Positions 1 through 8,788 of a DNA stretch of 64,000 bases are shown here, one piece after another. The first letter of the stretch is position 1; every line of letters begins with the position of its first letter. A program made the translations under genes and the position numbers. The DNA lies in NCBI GenBank assembly GCA_041635475.1, contig JBFKVA010000002.1, forward strand, positions 37,355 to 101,354. The letters run 5' to 3'. The notes below the pieces were generated by a model. The model searched no databases. It saw only the letters and a list, made by a program, of their open reading frames with translations, and was not told the origin of the DNA. This stretch comes from Acidimicrobiia bacterium. Lineage in GTDB: Bacteria; Actinomycetota; Acidimicrobiia; Spongiisociales; JAENVV01.

Positions 1-263
1 TGGAGGATCGTCACGGCGATCTCGGACTCGAACGGTGCGAGGCATCGCTGGCACTCGAGGCGGGCCGCCACCCGCACGGCTCCCCGCGCCACGAGACCCC
101 CGGAGGCCGCCTCCAGACGGAGACGCCCGGTGGCTGCGTCCTGGATCCAGGCACAGCCCGTGGCCATCTCCAGGGGGATGGCCACGTCCACGTCGGCCAC
201 TCCTCCACCCAGGAGGTCGGACACGAGGAATCGCGAGTAGGTCGACACGGCCTTCACACCCAC
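1..263 (-). CDS. yceD: DUF177/YceD-family protein, 3'-truncated at the window edge (start inside the window, continues past position 1)
   Basis: Reverse-complement reading from a GTG at 263..261 (stop tga just upstream at 269..267) gives VGVKAVSTYSRFLVSDLLGGGVADVDVAIPLEMATGCAWIQDAATGRLRLEAASGGLVARGAVRVAARLECQRCLAPFESEIAVTIL. This contains the CxRCL motif typical of YceD/DUF177 at about the expected distance from the N-terminus (compare E. coli YceD TLECQRCGKPF). It is not in the ORF track because no stop codon lies in the window. The expected neighbour rpmF would lie beyond the left edge. Confidence 0.55.
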   Translation of the reverse strand, partial: MGVKAVSTYSRFLVSDLLGGGVADVDVAIPLEMATGCAWIQDAATGRLRLEAASGGLVARGAVRVAARLECQRCLAPFESEIAVTIL

Positions 264-296
264 CGTTCAGGTCACCGCGGGGAGCATCACCACGGC

Positions 297-874
297 TCAC
301 ACACCCTGGGCCGGGGGCCCCGGCTCTCGCACCGCCCGATAGTGGGCGATCTCGTCCCTGACTTCGCGCAGCGCCGACGTCAGGAGGTGGTCGATCCGAT
401 CGAGTTGTTCGAGTGCGACGTCCTCGGACCGGAGCCTCGTCGCCTGGGCTTCGACCTCGGCATTGCGGAGCAGGACGTTCGCCTCCTCGACGGCCTCGGC
501 CAGGACCCGATGCTCGGACACCAGCTCTGCTGCAGTGTCGCGGGCCTGTTCGAGCACCTTGCGGGCCTGGTGTCGGATCTTGTCGGCGTCCTCGTTCGTG
601 CGGGCGATGAACGCCGCCCGTTCCCGGATCATCCATCGGGCGACCTTCAACTCCTCGGGAAGCCGATCCTTGATCTCCTCGAGCGCCTCCAGGAGCGGGT
701 CGCGTTCGAGCCGCACCTGGCCCGACAGGGGGACGGTCCTCGCCTCGTGGACAGCCAGGATGAGGTTCTCGGTGAGCGAGAGGATGCGGCCGACCTCGTC
801 CTCACCCAGTTCGTCGAAGTGCTCGGGTTCAGGGATGTCCTTGAACCCTGCAAGCGGGTCTGAGTCACTCATGC
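297..874 (-). CDS. coiled-coil protein, about 192 aa, possibly DivIVA-like; function unknown
   Basis: Within ORF 297..1463(-) the convincing part starts at MSDSDPLAGFKDIPEPEHFDELGEDEVGRILSLTENLI..., where an ATG lies at 874..872. The rest is a charged, Ala/Glu/Arg-rich heptad-like sequence (RKVLEQARDTAAELVSEHRVLAEAVEEANVLLRNAEVEAQATRLRSEDVALEQL). The part of the ORF upstream of 874 overlaps coaD in another frame and is Arg/Pro junk. Confidence 0.5.
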
Positions 875-1342
875 GCGGGCCTTCTCCTCGAGTGCGCGAA
901 ACACAACGGATGGGACGAGACGGGAGACGTCGGCTCCGAGCTGCCACACCTCCTTGACGAGGGAGGAGGAGATGAAGCGGTGTTCGGCGGAGGTGGGCAA
1001 CAGGACGGTCTCGATCCCCGACAGATGCCGGTTCATGTGGGCCATGGCCATCTCGAACTCGAAGTCGGCTCCTTCGCGCAGGCCCTTGACGAGGACGTCG
1101 GCACCGAGGTCCCGGGCAACCTGGACGAGCAGGCCGTCGAACCCGACCACGTCGACCGGTGCCGACGGAAAGATCTCCTGGAAGAGGGCGGTGCGCTCGT
1201 CCAGCGTGAAGAGTGGTGTCTTCGACGGGTTCGAGACGACCCCGATGATGAGCCGATCGAAGAGGTCGAGTGATCGCCGGAGAACGTCGACATGGCCGTT
1301 CGTGGGGGGATCGAAACTGCCTGGGCAGAACGCCGTGGTCAC
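869..1342 (-). CDS. coaD: phosphopantetheine adenylyltransferase
   Basis: VTTAFCPGSFDPPTNGHVDVLRRSLDLFDRLIIGVVSNPSKTPLF...ISSSLVKEV is the classic CoaD (nucleotidyltransferase T/HxGH) sequence. The start is a GTG at 1342..1340, preceded by GGAAGGAAG. It overlaps rsmD by 4 bp. Confidence 0.9.
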   Translation of the reverse strand: MTTAFCPGSFDPPTNGHVDVLRRSLDLFDRLIIGVVSNPSKTPLFTLDERTALFQEIFPSAPVDVVGFDGLLVQVARDLGADVLVKGLREGADFEFEMAMAHMNRHLSGIETVLLPTSAEHRFISSSLVKEVWQLGADVSRLVPSVVFRALEEKARA

Positions 1343-1878
1343 GGTGCTTCCTTCCTGTACCACCAGAGGTGGGTGCCACCATAGGTTCGGTCGTCGTCGA
1401 GCGGCCACGGTGCGGCGGGCGGTCGCTCCCCGGCCGGCCTGTGGAGGATGACGTAGCCACCACCCCGGAGGTGCGGATCGAGGTCCCGAAGCACCTGTTC
1501 GACAGACGCTAGCTCCATCGAATACGGGGGGTCGACGAACACCAGGTCGAACCGCCCTCCCTCGAGGGCGGGGGTTGCCAGGAAGCGCCCGACGTCCATC
1601 GACCTGACCACTCCCCCGAGGCCGACCGCAGCGACGTTGGACTCGATGACCCCGCACATCACCCGGTCGTCCTCGACGAAGACGCTGGAGCGGGCACGCC
1701 GGCTCAGGGCTTCCAACCCGAGTGAACCGCTCCCGGCGAAGAGATCGAGGACGTCGGCCCCGTCCACGTCGAGAATGTTGAAGATGGCCTCGCGGACGCG
1801 CTCGGTCATGGGCCTGGTCCCCGTCCCCGGCGGGGTGCGGAGGCGCCGCCCCTTGGCGAGGCCCCCGACTATGCGCAT
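1339..1878 (-). CDS. rsmD: 16S rRNA (guanine966-N2)-methyltransferase
   Basis: MRIVGGLAKGRRLRTPPGTGTRPMTERVREAIFNILDVDGADVLDLFAGSGSLGLEALSRRARSSVFVEDDRV...FVDPPY carries the RsmD family signature including the DPPY motif. Confidence 0.85.
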   Translation of the reverse strand: MRIVGGLAKGRRLRTPPGTGTRPMTERVREAIFNILDVDGADVLDLFAGSGSLGLEALSRRARSSVFVEDDRVMCGVIESNVAAVGLGGVVRSMDVGRFLATPALEGGRFDLVFVDPPYSMELASVEQVLRDLDPHLRGGGYVILHRPAGERPPAAPWPLDDDRTYGGTHLWWYRKEAP

Positions 1879-1900
1879 GGGCGCGATCCCGGTGGCGGCG

Positions 1901-4102
1901 TCAACTCATGAACAGCCACTCGACCTCCTCACCAAGCAGGACGCGCACTTCCTCGGCGATTGCCGGGCTGTGAGCGAGCACCGGGTCGGCCTCGACGAGA
2001 GCGAACGCCTCGTTCCTGGCCGAGACGAGCAGGTCGGTGTCGCGCAGGACGTCACCCAGCCGCAGATCCCCGACGCCGGATTGCCTCGCCCCGAACACGG
2101 TGCCCTGGCCCCTGAGCGCCAGGTCGACCTCCGCCAGTTCGAAGCCGTCGGTGGTCCTGGTCATGGCAGCGATGCGTTCGACGGCTTCGTCCGTGGTCGG
2201 ATCGGCCACGAGCACGCAGGTGCCCGGGTGGAGTCCACGCCCGACGCGGCCGCGGAGCTGATGGAGTTGGCTGAGCCCGAACCGATCGGCGTTCTCGATC
2301 ACCATCAACGTGGCGTTGGGTATGTCGATGCCGACCTCGATGACCGTGGTCGCCACCAGCACGTCGATCTCCCCGTCCCGCATGCTCTCCATGACACCCT
2401 GCTTCTCGTCAGGTCGGAGCGCGCCGTGGATGAGCCCGACCCGGAGGCCGGTCAACGTGGCCGCCAGGCGTTCGTGCTCGGCCACCGCCGAGGCTGCTTC
2501 CACCTTCTCCGAGTCCTCCACGAGAGGGCACACGACGAAGACCTGGCGTCCGTCCCCCACCTCCTGTCGGACCCTGTCCCACACTCGATCCTCGTCGGTG
2601 GGAGCGACGGACACGGTCTCGACGGGCGTCCGACCGGGCGGCATCTCATCGAGGAGCGAGACGTCGAGGTCGCCGTAGAGCGTCATCGACAGGGTCCGCG
2701 GGATCGGGGTGGCGGTCATGATGAGGAGGTCCGGCTCGACGTCGCCGGCCTTTTCCTTGAGACTGACCCTTTGGTGGACTCCGAACCGGTGCTGCTCGTC
2801 GACGACGGCCGCCGACAGGCCCGCGAAGTGGACGCCCTCGGAGATGAGGGCGTGGGTGCCGACGATGAGGTCGATGCTTCCCGACTGCACGAGGTCGAGC
2901 AGCTCGCTCCTGGAGAGATCGTGGCCGGTGTTCACCCGTGCCGTCGATCGGGTGAGGAGCGCCACGGTGATTGCGCCCGCGGCGTCGCCGAACAGCGAGT
3001 CCATTCCGTGGCGGGGCCCGGTGCCCGGGGCCGGGTTCAGTCCGGCCCCCTCGAGGAGGTCCACCACCGACAGGTAGTGCTGTGTGGCCAGGACCTCGGT
3101 GGGGGCCATGACCGCCGCCTGGCGTCCACACTCGACCGCCGCCAGGAGTGCGCCGACCGCCACGACCGTCTTGCCCGAGCCGACCTCACCCTGGAGGAGC
3201 CGATGCATCGGGTGGGGCCGGGCCATGTCGGCGGCGATCTCGCCCATGACCCTTTGCTGGGCCCCGGTGAGTGGATACGGGAGTCCGGCCACGAACCGGT
3301 CGACGAGGTGACCATCGCCCCCATGGGCGAAACCGACCGCGTCGATCGATTTGCGCCACTTGGCAAGTGCCAGTGCGACCTCGATCCTGAAGAACTCGTC
3401 GAAGACGAGGCGGCGCCGGGCGTGGGTGACATCCTCGAGCGTGTCGGGGAAGTGGATGGTCGCGACGGCTTCGTCCCTACCGACGAGGGCGTGATCGGCG
3501 AGAATCGCCGCCGGGAGCGGGTCGGCGATTGGTCGCGATCTTCCGATGGCGTTGTGGACCGCCCGCCGGATGTGGCCCGGGCCGACGTCACCAACCGCGC
3601 CGTGGATGGGAACGATGCGCCCGGTGGTGAGCCCCTCGTTGGGCGAGGCCAGGACATCGGCGGCCGGTGACTTCATCTGCCGCTTCCCCCGGAACATCTC
3701 CACCTTCCCCGACAGGGCCACCTCTTGGCCCTCGGTGAGCTGCTGGGCCCTGAACGCCTGGTTGAACCAGGTGGCGGTGAGGATGCCACTCTCGTCGACG
3801 ACCGTGACGTCCACGATCGTCAGGTTGCGGCGTGGACGGCGGGTCCGCACCGAGCCGACCGTCCCCACCACCGTCACCTCCACCCCCACCGGCGTGTCCC
3901 CGATCAGGATCTTGCGGGAACGATCGATGTAGCGCCGGGGGGCATGGAGGAGGAGGTCGGCCACCGAGCCGATGCCGCCGGCGCGCATGGCGCGGCCGCG
4001 GGCGCCGGCCAGCCCCTTCACGGACTCGATCCCGACGGTCGCGAGGTAGGCGAGGCTCCGAGCGGTCGTCATCGGGGACATGGTGCCAGACGGCGCCGAC
4101 AT
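1901..4102 (-). CDS. recG: ATP-dependent DNA helicase RecG (about 733 aa; start chosen at the ATG at 4102, with alternatives at 4081 and 4072)
   Basis: It has the wedge-domain region (TATWFNQAFRAQQL), the helicase motifs GDVGSGKTVVA and DEQHRFGV, and the C-terminus typical of RecG. The N-terminal 100 aa of ORF 1901..4411 is Ser/Arg low-complexity and overlaps the upstream gene, so an internal start was chosen. Confidence 0.9.
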   Translation of the reverse strand: MSAPSGTMSPMTTARSLAYLATVGIESVKGLAGARGRAMRAGGIGSVADLLLHAPRRYIDRSRKILIGDTPVGVEVTVVGTVGSVRTRRPRRNLTIVDVTVVDESGILTATWFNQAFRAQQLTEGQEVALSGKVEMFRGKRQMKSPAADVLASPNEGLTTGRIVPIHGAVGDVGPGHIRRAVHNAIGRSRPIADPLPAAILADHALVGRDEAVATIHFPDTLEDVTHARRRLVFDEFFRIEVALALAKWRKSIDAVGFAHGGDGHLVDRFVAGLPYPLTGAQQRVMGEIAADMARPHPMHRLLQGEVGSGKTVVAVGALLAAVECGRQAAVMAPTEVLATQHYLSVVDLLEGAGLNPAPGTGPRHGMDSLFGDAAGAITVALLTRSTARVNTGHDLSRSELLDLVQSGSIDLIVGTHALISEGVHFAGLSAAVVDEQHRFGVHQRVSLKEKAGDVEPDLLIMTATPIPRTLSMTLYGDLDVSLLDEMPPGRTPVETVSVAPTDEDRVWDRVRQEVGDGRQVFVVCPLVEDSEKVEAASAVAEHERLAATLTGLRVGLIHGALRPDEKQGVMESMRDGEIDVLVATTVIEVGIDIPNATLMVIENADRFGLSQLHQLRGRVGRGLHPGTCVLVADPTTDEAVERIAAMTRTTDGFELAEVDLALRGQGTVFGARQSGVGDLRLGDVLRDTDLLVSARNEAFALVEADPVLAHSPAIAEEVRVLLGEEVEWLFMS

Positions 4103-4112
4103 CGCCGGGCGG

Positions 4113-5285
4113 TCACGTGACGCCGGGCTCGACCCACGTCGTGTCATCCGGCCCGTCGTTGATCTCGAGACCGAGGTCGACGAGCGCGTCACGGAGGCGA
4201 TCCGCGGCGTCGTAGGACCCGCTCGCGCGCAGCGACGCCCGCGTCTCGAGGATGAGATCCACGAACGGCGCCACGACCTCACGGCGAGGCCTGAGGCCCC
4301 GCCGGAGCGGCGCGAGGAGCTCGACGATGGCCGATCGCAATGCCGAACCGGCGTGGCCCCGGGTGGCGGCGTCCAGCTCCAGGAGTGCCGCCACCACTCC
4401 TTCGGCGTCACCGGCGGCCAGCGACAAGCGGAGGTCCTTGGAGGTCTCGGCCTCGGCGGGCGCGGGGACCTCGGCCACCGCCCCTGCCCCGAGCCCGTGG
4501 GCCAGTTCGTCGAGCCCGATCACCGCCCCGGACTCCACCCGCACCTCGCCGTCGCCCAGACCGGCCCCGCGGGGACCGATGACCGAGACGCCTCCCAGGC
4601 CCGTCACCGTCGCTGTCCGTGTCCCGAAGTCGAGCGTCACCGCCGTGTGTTCGTCGATGCCCAGGATCCCGTGGTCGAGCACCCGGGCCATCACTGCCAG
4701 GCGGCGCAGCCCCACGTAGCAGCGACTCGTGTCGTGGGTCCCTCCTTCGGCGTTGTTCCAGTGGGGAACGATCGCCATCGGCAGGCCCAATCGGTCGGTG
4801 ATCCCGAGGCCGGGGTGCCAGTGCGGAGGATCGCCCACCTTGTAGATCTGGTAGACGGGCATGGCCCGGGTGCCCACCGCCAGCGACGCAGCAGACGCGA
4901 AGCAGGCCGAGCCGCCGTCGAGGATCACCTCGGCAACCGCATCCGCGAACCCGGTCCCCGCCCACACCCGGAGCGCATGGGTGGGCGAGCCGGGCCCGGC
5001 GAAGAGGTAGCGGGCACGACGGACGGCTGCCACGGCCCGCTCAACGGCGAGAGGATCCTCCTCGGTCGACCGCAGCGTCGCCACCTCGCCCCGAAGGCCC
5101 AGGCTCACGTCGAAGAACTCCTCGATCCTGGCGGTGAGGTCGTCGGCGTTCTCCTGGAAGCCGTAGGGGGAATCGACGATCGTCACCGACACCGCCCCGG
5201 CGGCCGCCGCCGCCTGGCGATGGGTTGCCACCAGCCCGGGAGCCAACTCTCCCGAGCCCATGAGGACAAGTCGGCCTTCGGTCAT
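4113..5285 (-). CDS. conserved protein with an N-terminal peptidase S51/cyanophycinase-like (type 1 glutamine amidotransferase-like) fold and an Ala-rich C-terminal extension
   Basis: It starts at MTEGRLVLMGSGELAPGL (ATG at 5285, GAGG 8 nt upstream). GRLVLMGSGE resembles the cyanophycinase/peptidase E N-terminus, and ILDGGSACFASAASLAVGT resembles the GxSAG nucleophile region. The roughly 150-aa C-terminal part is alanine-rich. It sits in the conserved slot between recG and rpmB. Confidence 0.55.
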   Translation of the reverse strand: MTEGRLVLMGSGELAPGLVATHRQAAAAAGAVSVTIVDSPYGFQENADDLTARIEEFFDVSLGLRGEVATLRSTEEDPLAVERAVAAVRRARYLFAGPGSPTHALRVWAGTGFADAVAEVILDGGSACFASAASLAVGTRAMPVYQIYKVGDPPHWHPGLGITDRLGLPMAIVPHWNNAEGGTHDTSRCYVGLRRLAVMARVLDHGILGIDEHTAVTLDFGTRTATVTGLGGVSVIGPRGAGLGDGEVRVESGAVIGLDELAHGLGAGAVAEVPAPAEAETSKDLRLSLAAGDAEGVVAALLELDAATRGHAGSALRSAIVELLAPLRRGLRPRREVVAPFVDLILETRASLRASGSYDAADRLRDALVDLGLEINDGPDDTTWVEPGVT

Positions 5286-5431
5286 CGGTACGCCTCGGGT
5301 GGGCAGCGGATGGACGACGCTAGCGTTCCGGGCCCACAAGCCGGTGGGCGGTGTCGGCCCGAGGTGGCGGCGCGTCCTGGTTCTGCTTGCGGCCATGTCC
5401 GGCTATCCTTCCCCGGTCCCCAGGAGTCCCA

Positions 5432-5620
5432 ATGTCCAATCGTTGCGAGATCTGCAACAAGGAACCCTCCTTCGGCAAGCAGGTGACGTTCTCTCACAAG
5501 CGCTCGAGCCGTCGGTGGAACCCGAACATCCAGAAGATCAGGGTCCGTCACGGGTCCAACACGCGCCGGATTCGCGCCTGCACGTCGTGCATCAGGGCCG
5601 GCAAGGTCGAGAAGGCCTGA
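5432..5620 (+). CDS. rpmB: 50S ribosomal protein L28
   Basis: MSNRCEICNKEPSFGKQVTFSHKRSSRRWNPNIQKIRVRHGSNTRRIRACTSCIRAGKVEKA. CAGGAG lies upstream. Confidence 0.92.
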   Translation: MSNRCEICNKEPSFGKQVTFSHKRSSRRWNPNIQKIRVRHGSNTRRIRACTSCIRAGKVEKA

Positions 5621-5622
5621 GC

Positions 5623-5826
5623 GTGCAGGGCGTCGTCAAGGTCTTCGATCCGGTCACCGGGACCGGGATCGTGGTCAGGGACGACGACCGCACCGAGGTG
5701 TACCTTCGAACCGATTCCCTCGAGGGATCGGTGTTCCGCTCGCTGCGCCAGGGCCAACGCATCCTCTTCGACATCACCGATGATGCCGGCACCTCCTACG
5801 CCGCGCGCGTGCGTCTCACCCCCTGA
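5623..5826 (+). CDS. cold-shock-domain-like small nucleic-acid-binding protein (67 aa)
   Basis: A GTG start lies 3 nt after the rpmB stop, with GAGAAGG upstream. VQGVVKVFDPVTGTGIVVRDDDRTEVYLRTDSLEGSVFRSLRQGQRILFDI follows the CspA-type pattern (KxF...GxGxI...DD..EVYxH..S...G..SL..GQ.V.F.I). Confidence 0.6.
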   Translation: MQGVVKVFDPVTGTGIVVRDDDRTEVYLRTDSLEGSVFRSLRQGQRILFDITDDAGTSYAARVRLTP

Positions 5827-5891
5827 ACGGTCTTCCGACGAGCACCCGGCGTTGCCCACCACCCGGCCGACCCGGCGGCTAGTGTGATCGC

Positions 5892-6125
5892 ATGGTCAAC
5901 GCCTACATCCTCATCCAGACCGAGGTCGGAAGAGCAGCCACCGTGGCCGAAGCGGTCCGGGAGATCACCGGCATCCAGCAGGTCGACGACGTGACCGGAC
6001 CGTACGACGTCATCGTGCGGGCCGGTGCGGAATCGGTCGACGAGCTGGGACGGATGGTCGTGGCCCAGGTGCAGGCGATTCCGGGCATCACCCGGACGCT
6101 CACCTGCCCGGTCGTGAACCTGTAG
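5892..6125 (+). CDS. stand-alone Lrp/AsnC ligand-binding (RAM) domain protein, 77 aa
   Basis: MVNAYILIQTEVGRAATVAEAVREITGIQQVDDVTGPYDVIVRAGAESVDELGRMVVAQVQAIPGITRTLTCPVV has the RAM-domain pattern. Confidence 0.7.
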   Translation: MVNAYILIQTEVGRAATVAEAVREITGIQQVDDVTGPYDVIVRAGAESVDELGRMVVAQVQAIPGITRTLTCPVVNL

Positions 6126-6131
6126 CCACGG

Positions 6132-7223
6132 CTAGCCCAGCTTGGCGGCGATGCTTCCCGCATCCCGCAAGGCCGCCCCGTCGGCCCCGGCCACGGTGTA
6201 CCCGGGTCCCCCGGACGACTCGGCTTCCTCCAGCATCCCGGTGAAGAGCTCGAGGGGCGTCACCCCGGCTTCCTTCCACAGGTACGTGGAGAAACTGCCC
6301 GGTGGGTTGTTGAGTTCGTTCACGAGGATCTCCCCGTCGACAGCCAGGAAGTCGAGCCGGGCCACGCCTCGCACCCCCGCCACCCGGGCGACGGCCGAGG
6401 CCAGCTCGCGGACGCGTGCGGCCTCGCCCTCGGTGATGCGCGCCGGTAGCTCCCGACGGGAACCCTCCAACCCACCGCCGGAGAGGTACTTCTCCTTGTA
6501 CCCGTAGAACCCGGCCTTGAGGGGACGCTCGATGGGTGACAGCTGGAGCGCGGGCCAGGTCCTCACCGAGATGTTGAGGTCCTCGGCTTCGTCCGCGAAC
6601 GGCTCGAGGACGCCGCCCAGCACCAGGTGGGGGCTCGAGCGCAGCAGGGCGAGCGCGGTGGCGTGGTCGTCGACGACCTCGATCCCGATGGAGGATCCCC
6701 CGAACCGGGGCTTGACGATGAACGGTCCTGCGAACGGGGGGGCGACCCCGGCGTCGAGCGGAACCCGCGGCAACGCCGGGAGGTCCGCCGCGGCCATGAC
6801 CGCGCCGAACGCCAGCTTGTCCATGGCCAGGGACTGGTTGGCGAGGGTGGGTCCCGTACCCCGGATCCCGGCGATGTCCAGCAGCCCCTGGAGCGTCCCG
6901 TCCTCCCCCGGGCGCCCGTGGCAGGCGTTGAGAACGACCTCGACGCCGAGGGGCCTGCCCCTGCCCAGCTTGGACGGTGCCACGAACCCCACGCCCGGCA
7001 CGGCCTCGAACGAAACCTCCCGGGCGCTCCTGGGCACCCCGTCGGCGAAGTCCCGTCCCTCCAGGCCTGGTTCCACCTGGAACCACTCGCCCGTCTTGGT
7101 CCAGTAGAAGGCGCCGACCTCCCTCCCCGCCTCCGCCAGGGTACGGGCAGCCATGAGGCCGGTGAGGATCGAGATGTCGTGTTCGGGGCTCGGCCCCCCG
7201 AAGACAACGGCATGGCGCGGCAT
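6132..7223 (-). CDS. ddl: D-alanine--D-alanine ligase
   Basis: MPRHAVVFGGPSPEHDISILTGLMAARTLAEAG...FIVKPRFGGSSIGIEVVDD...LVNELNNPPGSFSTYLW is a Ddl ATP-grasp sequence. Confidence 0.9.
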   Translation of the reverse strand: MPRHAVVFGGPSPEHDISILTGLMAARTLAEAGREVGAFYWTKTGEWFQVEPGLEGRDFADGVPRSAREVSFEAVPGVGFVAPSKLGRGRPLGVEVVLNACHGRPGEDGTLQGLLDIAGIRGTGPTLANQSLAMDKLAFGAVMAAADLPALPRVPLDAGVAPPFAGPFIVKPRFGGSSIGIEVVDDHATALALLRSSPHLVLGGVLEPFADEAEDLNISVRTWPALQLSPIERPLKAGFYGYKEKYLSGGGLEGSRRELPARITEGEAARVRELASAVARVAGVRGVARLDFLAVDGEILVNELNNPPGSFSTYLWKEAGVTPLELFTGMLEEAESSGGPGYTVAGADGAALRDAGSIAAKLG

Positions 7224-7273
7224 GACCGAGAGGGTAGTGAGGGCCCGGCGGGAGCCGGCGTCAGGCGCGGCGC

Positions 7274-8788
7274 CTACGGATAGTGGACGGGCAGGTCGTT
7301 CTCGTAGAGCACCGCGTCACCCGGCCCCAGGTTCGCCCGGACCCACGCCACCGCGGTCTCCCGGTCCGGCACCGTCTGCACCCGGGCCGAGCGTTCGGAG
7401 GCCCCGGCCAGGAGGGCCCTGCGGTTCGAGCGCTTCACGATGAGCAGATCGTCGGCCACCTGGGCGGCCTGGGATGCGAACGCCCGGTTGGACGCCTCCT
7501 GCTGTCGCCCCAGCTCGACCATGCCGGGGGTGACGACCGCCTTGCGGCCCGCGTCGAGGTGGGCCAGCGTCTCCAGGGCGGCGGCCGCACCCGCCGGGTT
7601 GGAGTTGAAGGTGTCATCGATGATCCAGAACCCGGCGTTGCCCTTGACGACGGTCTGGCGGTGCTGGGGGGCTTCAACCGCGGCTACGGCGGCCGCCATC
7701 GCCTCCCGGGGCACGCCTGCCGCCACCCCGATGCCGATCGCCACCGCGACGTTGGTGGCGAACGCGTCCCTGGGAGCGGCCCCGACGGTCTCCCCACCCA
7801 CGTCGATCCCCCAGGTGTCCCCCAGGTCGCGCACGACGACGTCGAACCCGTCACCGGTGCCACAGCGGATGACCGTCTTCCCCCCGAGCTCGAGGCTGTC
7901 TGCCAGTTCGGAGAGTCGGTCATCGTCGCAGTTGAGGACGACGACGCTCGCATGCTGGGCGATCTCGGCCTTGGCCGCCAGGGTGACGTCGAGGGACCCG
8001 AAGCGCTCGAGGTGGACGGGGCCGATGGCGGTGATCGCTGCGATCTCCGGGGGGATCCACGAGCACATGTCGGCGATCTCCCCCGGCCCGTACGTCCCCA
8101 TCTCGGCAACGAACCACCTCGTCCCGGGGGCGAGGTGCTCATTGATCGCACGGGACAGGCCCATGGCGTTGTTGAACGATGCAGGGCTGGCCAGGACCGG
8201 CCCATCCTGGGCCAGTACCTGCCTGGCGTACTCCTTGACGGTGGTCTTGCCGTACGACCCGGTGATCGCCACCACCCGTGGTCCCACGGTCCGGAGCCTG
8301 TCCGCGGCCCGGGAGATCCACGCCCGCTGGAGGCGGCGCTCCACCGGCTGGAGGAGCCACAGGGCGCCATCGACAACGAGCGGGGCGAGGACGAGGGCCG
8401 TCGTGGTCGCTGCGCCCGGCCGGTCGAGTGCTGCCGCGGTGCCGAGGACGATGCCGGCGGCGACCACCACCGCCCCGCCCGCCACCCGGCGTAGACGCGG
8501 GGTCCAGGCCAGCCCCGAACCGGGGAGGCCGATCGGCCACACGACGCAGACCAACGCGGCCGTGACGGCCGCCAACCACGCCGAGGGCGCCCCCAACCAG
8601 GATCCCGCCGCGGCCACCACGAGCACCCCGCTCAACGTCGAGTTGATCGGGCCGGCGTGGGCCCACCGCCAAGCAAACCGAACCGCGGAGCCGGCGATGT
8701 AGTGCTCCCGCTGGGCCACGACGAGCCACCGCATCCCGACGGGAACGAGGGCCACCAGCGGAGCCACCTGAAGGACCCACTCGGTCAC
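7274..8788 (-). CDS. Mur ligase family protein (MurF-like D-Ala-D-Ala-adding enzyme) in which the usual N-terminal domain is replaced by a roughly 170-aa multi-TM membrane domain
   Basis: The catalytic part has VVAITGSYGKTTVKEYARQVL (P-loop), ASFNNAMGLS (MurF SxNNxxG) and the C-terminal DDTFNSNPAGAAAALETL. The N-terminal part (VTEWVLQVAPLVALVPVG...VLAPLVVDGALWLL) is hydrophobic. The start is a GTG at 8788..8786 overlapping the TGA of the upstream hydrolase (GTGA), with GGAGG 7 nt upstream. The long N-terminal part of ORF 7274..9334 is Arg/Pro junk lying antisense to the hydrolase. Confidence 0.75.
   Translation of the reverse strand: MTEWVLQVAPLVALVPVGMRWLVVAQREHYIAGSAVRFAWRWAHAGPINSTLSGVLVVAAAGSWLGAPSAWLAAVTAALVCVVWPIGLPGSGLAWTPRLRRVAGGAVVVAAGIVLGTAAALDRPGAATTTALVLAPLVVDGALWLLQPVERRLQRAWISRAADRLRTVGPRVVAITGSYGKTTVKEYARQVLAQDGPVLASPASFNNAMGLSRAINEHLAPGTRWFVAEMGTYGPGEIADMCSWIPPEIAAITAIGPVHLERFGSLDVTLAAKAEIAQHASVVVLNCDDDRLSELADSLELGGKTVIRCGTGDGFDVVVRDLGDTWGIDVGGETVGAAPRDAFATNVAVAIGIGVAAGVPREAMAAAVAAVEAPQHRQTVVKGNAGFWIIDDTFNSNPAGAAAALETLAHLDAGRKAVVTPGMVELGRQQEASNRAFASQAAQVADDLLIVKRSNRRALLAGASERSARVQTVPDRETAVAWVRANLGPGDAVLYENDLPVHYP

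Noticed and set aside
1637-3670. 677-aa plus-strand ORF, one of many long ORFs antisense to or spanning real genes (others are 8842..10248, 39528..41207, 44124..45233 and 59782..62454)
   Set aside because: Arg/Gly/Asp/Pro-rich and low-complexity, with no motifs, each lying opposite a gene with clear homology (recG, hydrolase/FabI, radical SAM, NHL protein, permease/hotdog). These are the long open frames expected by chance in 70% GC DNA.
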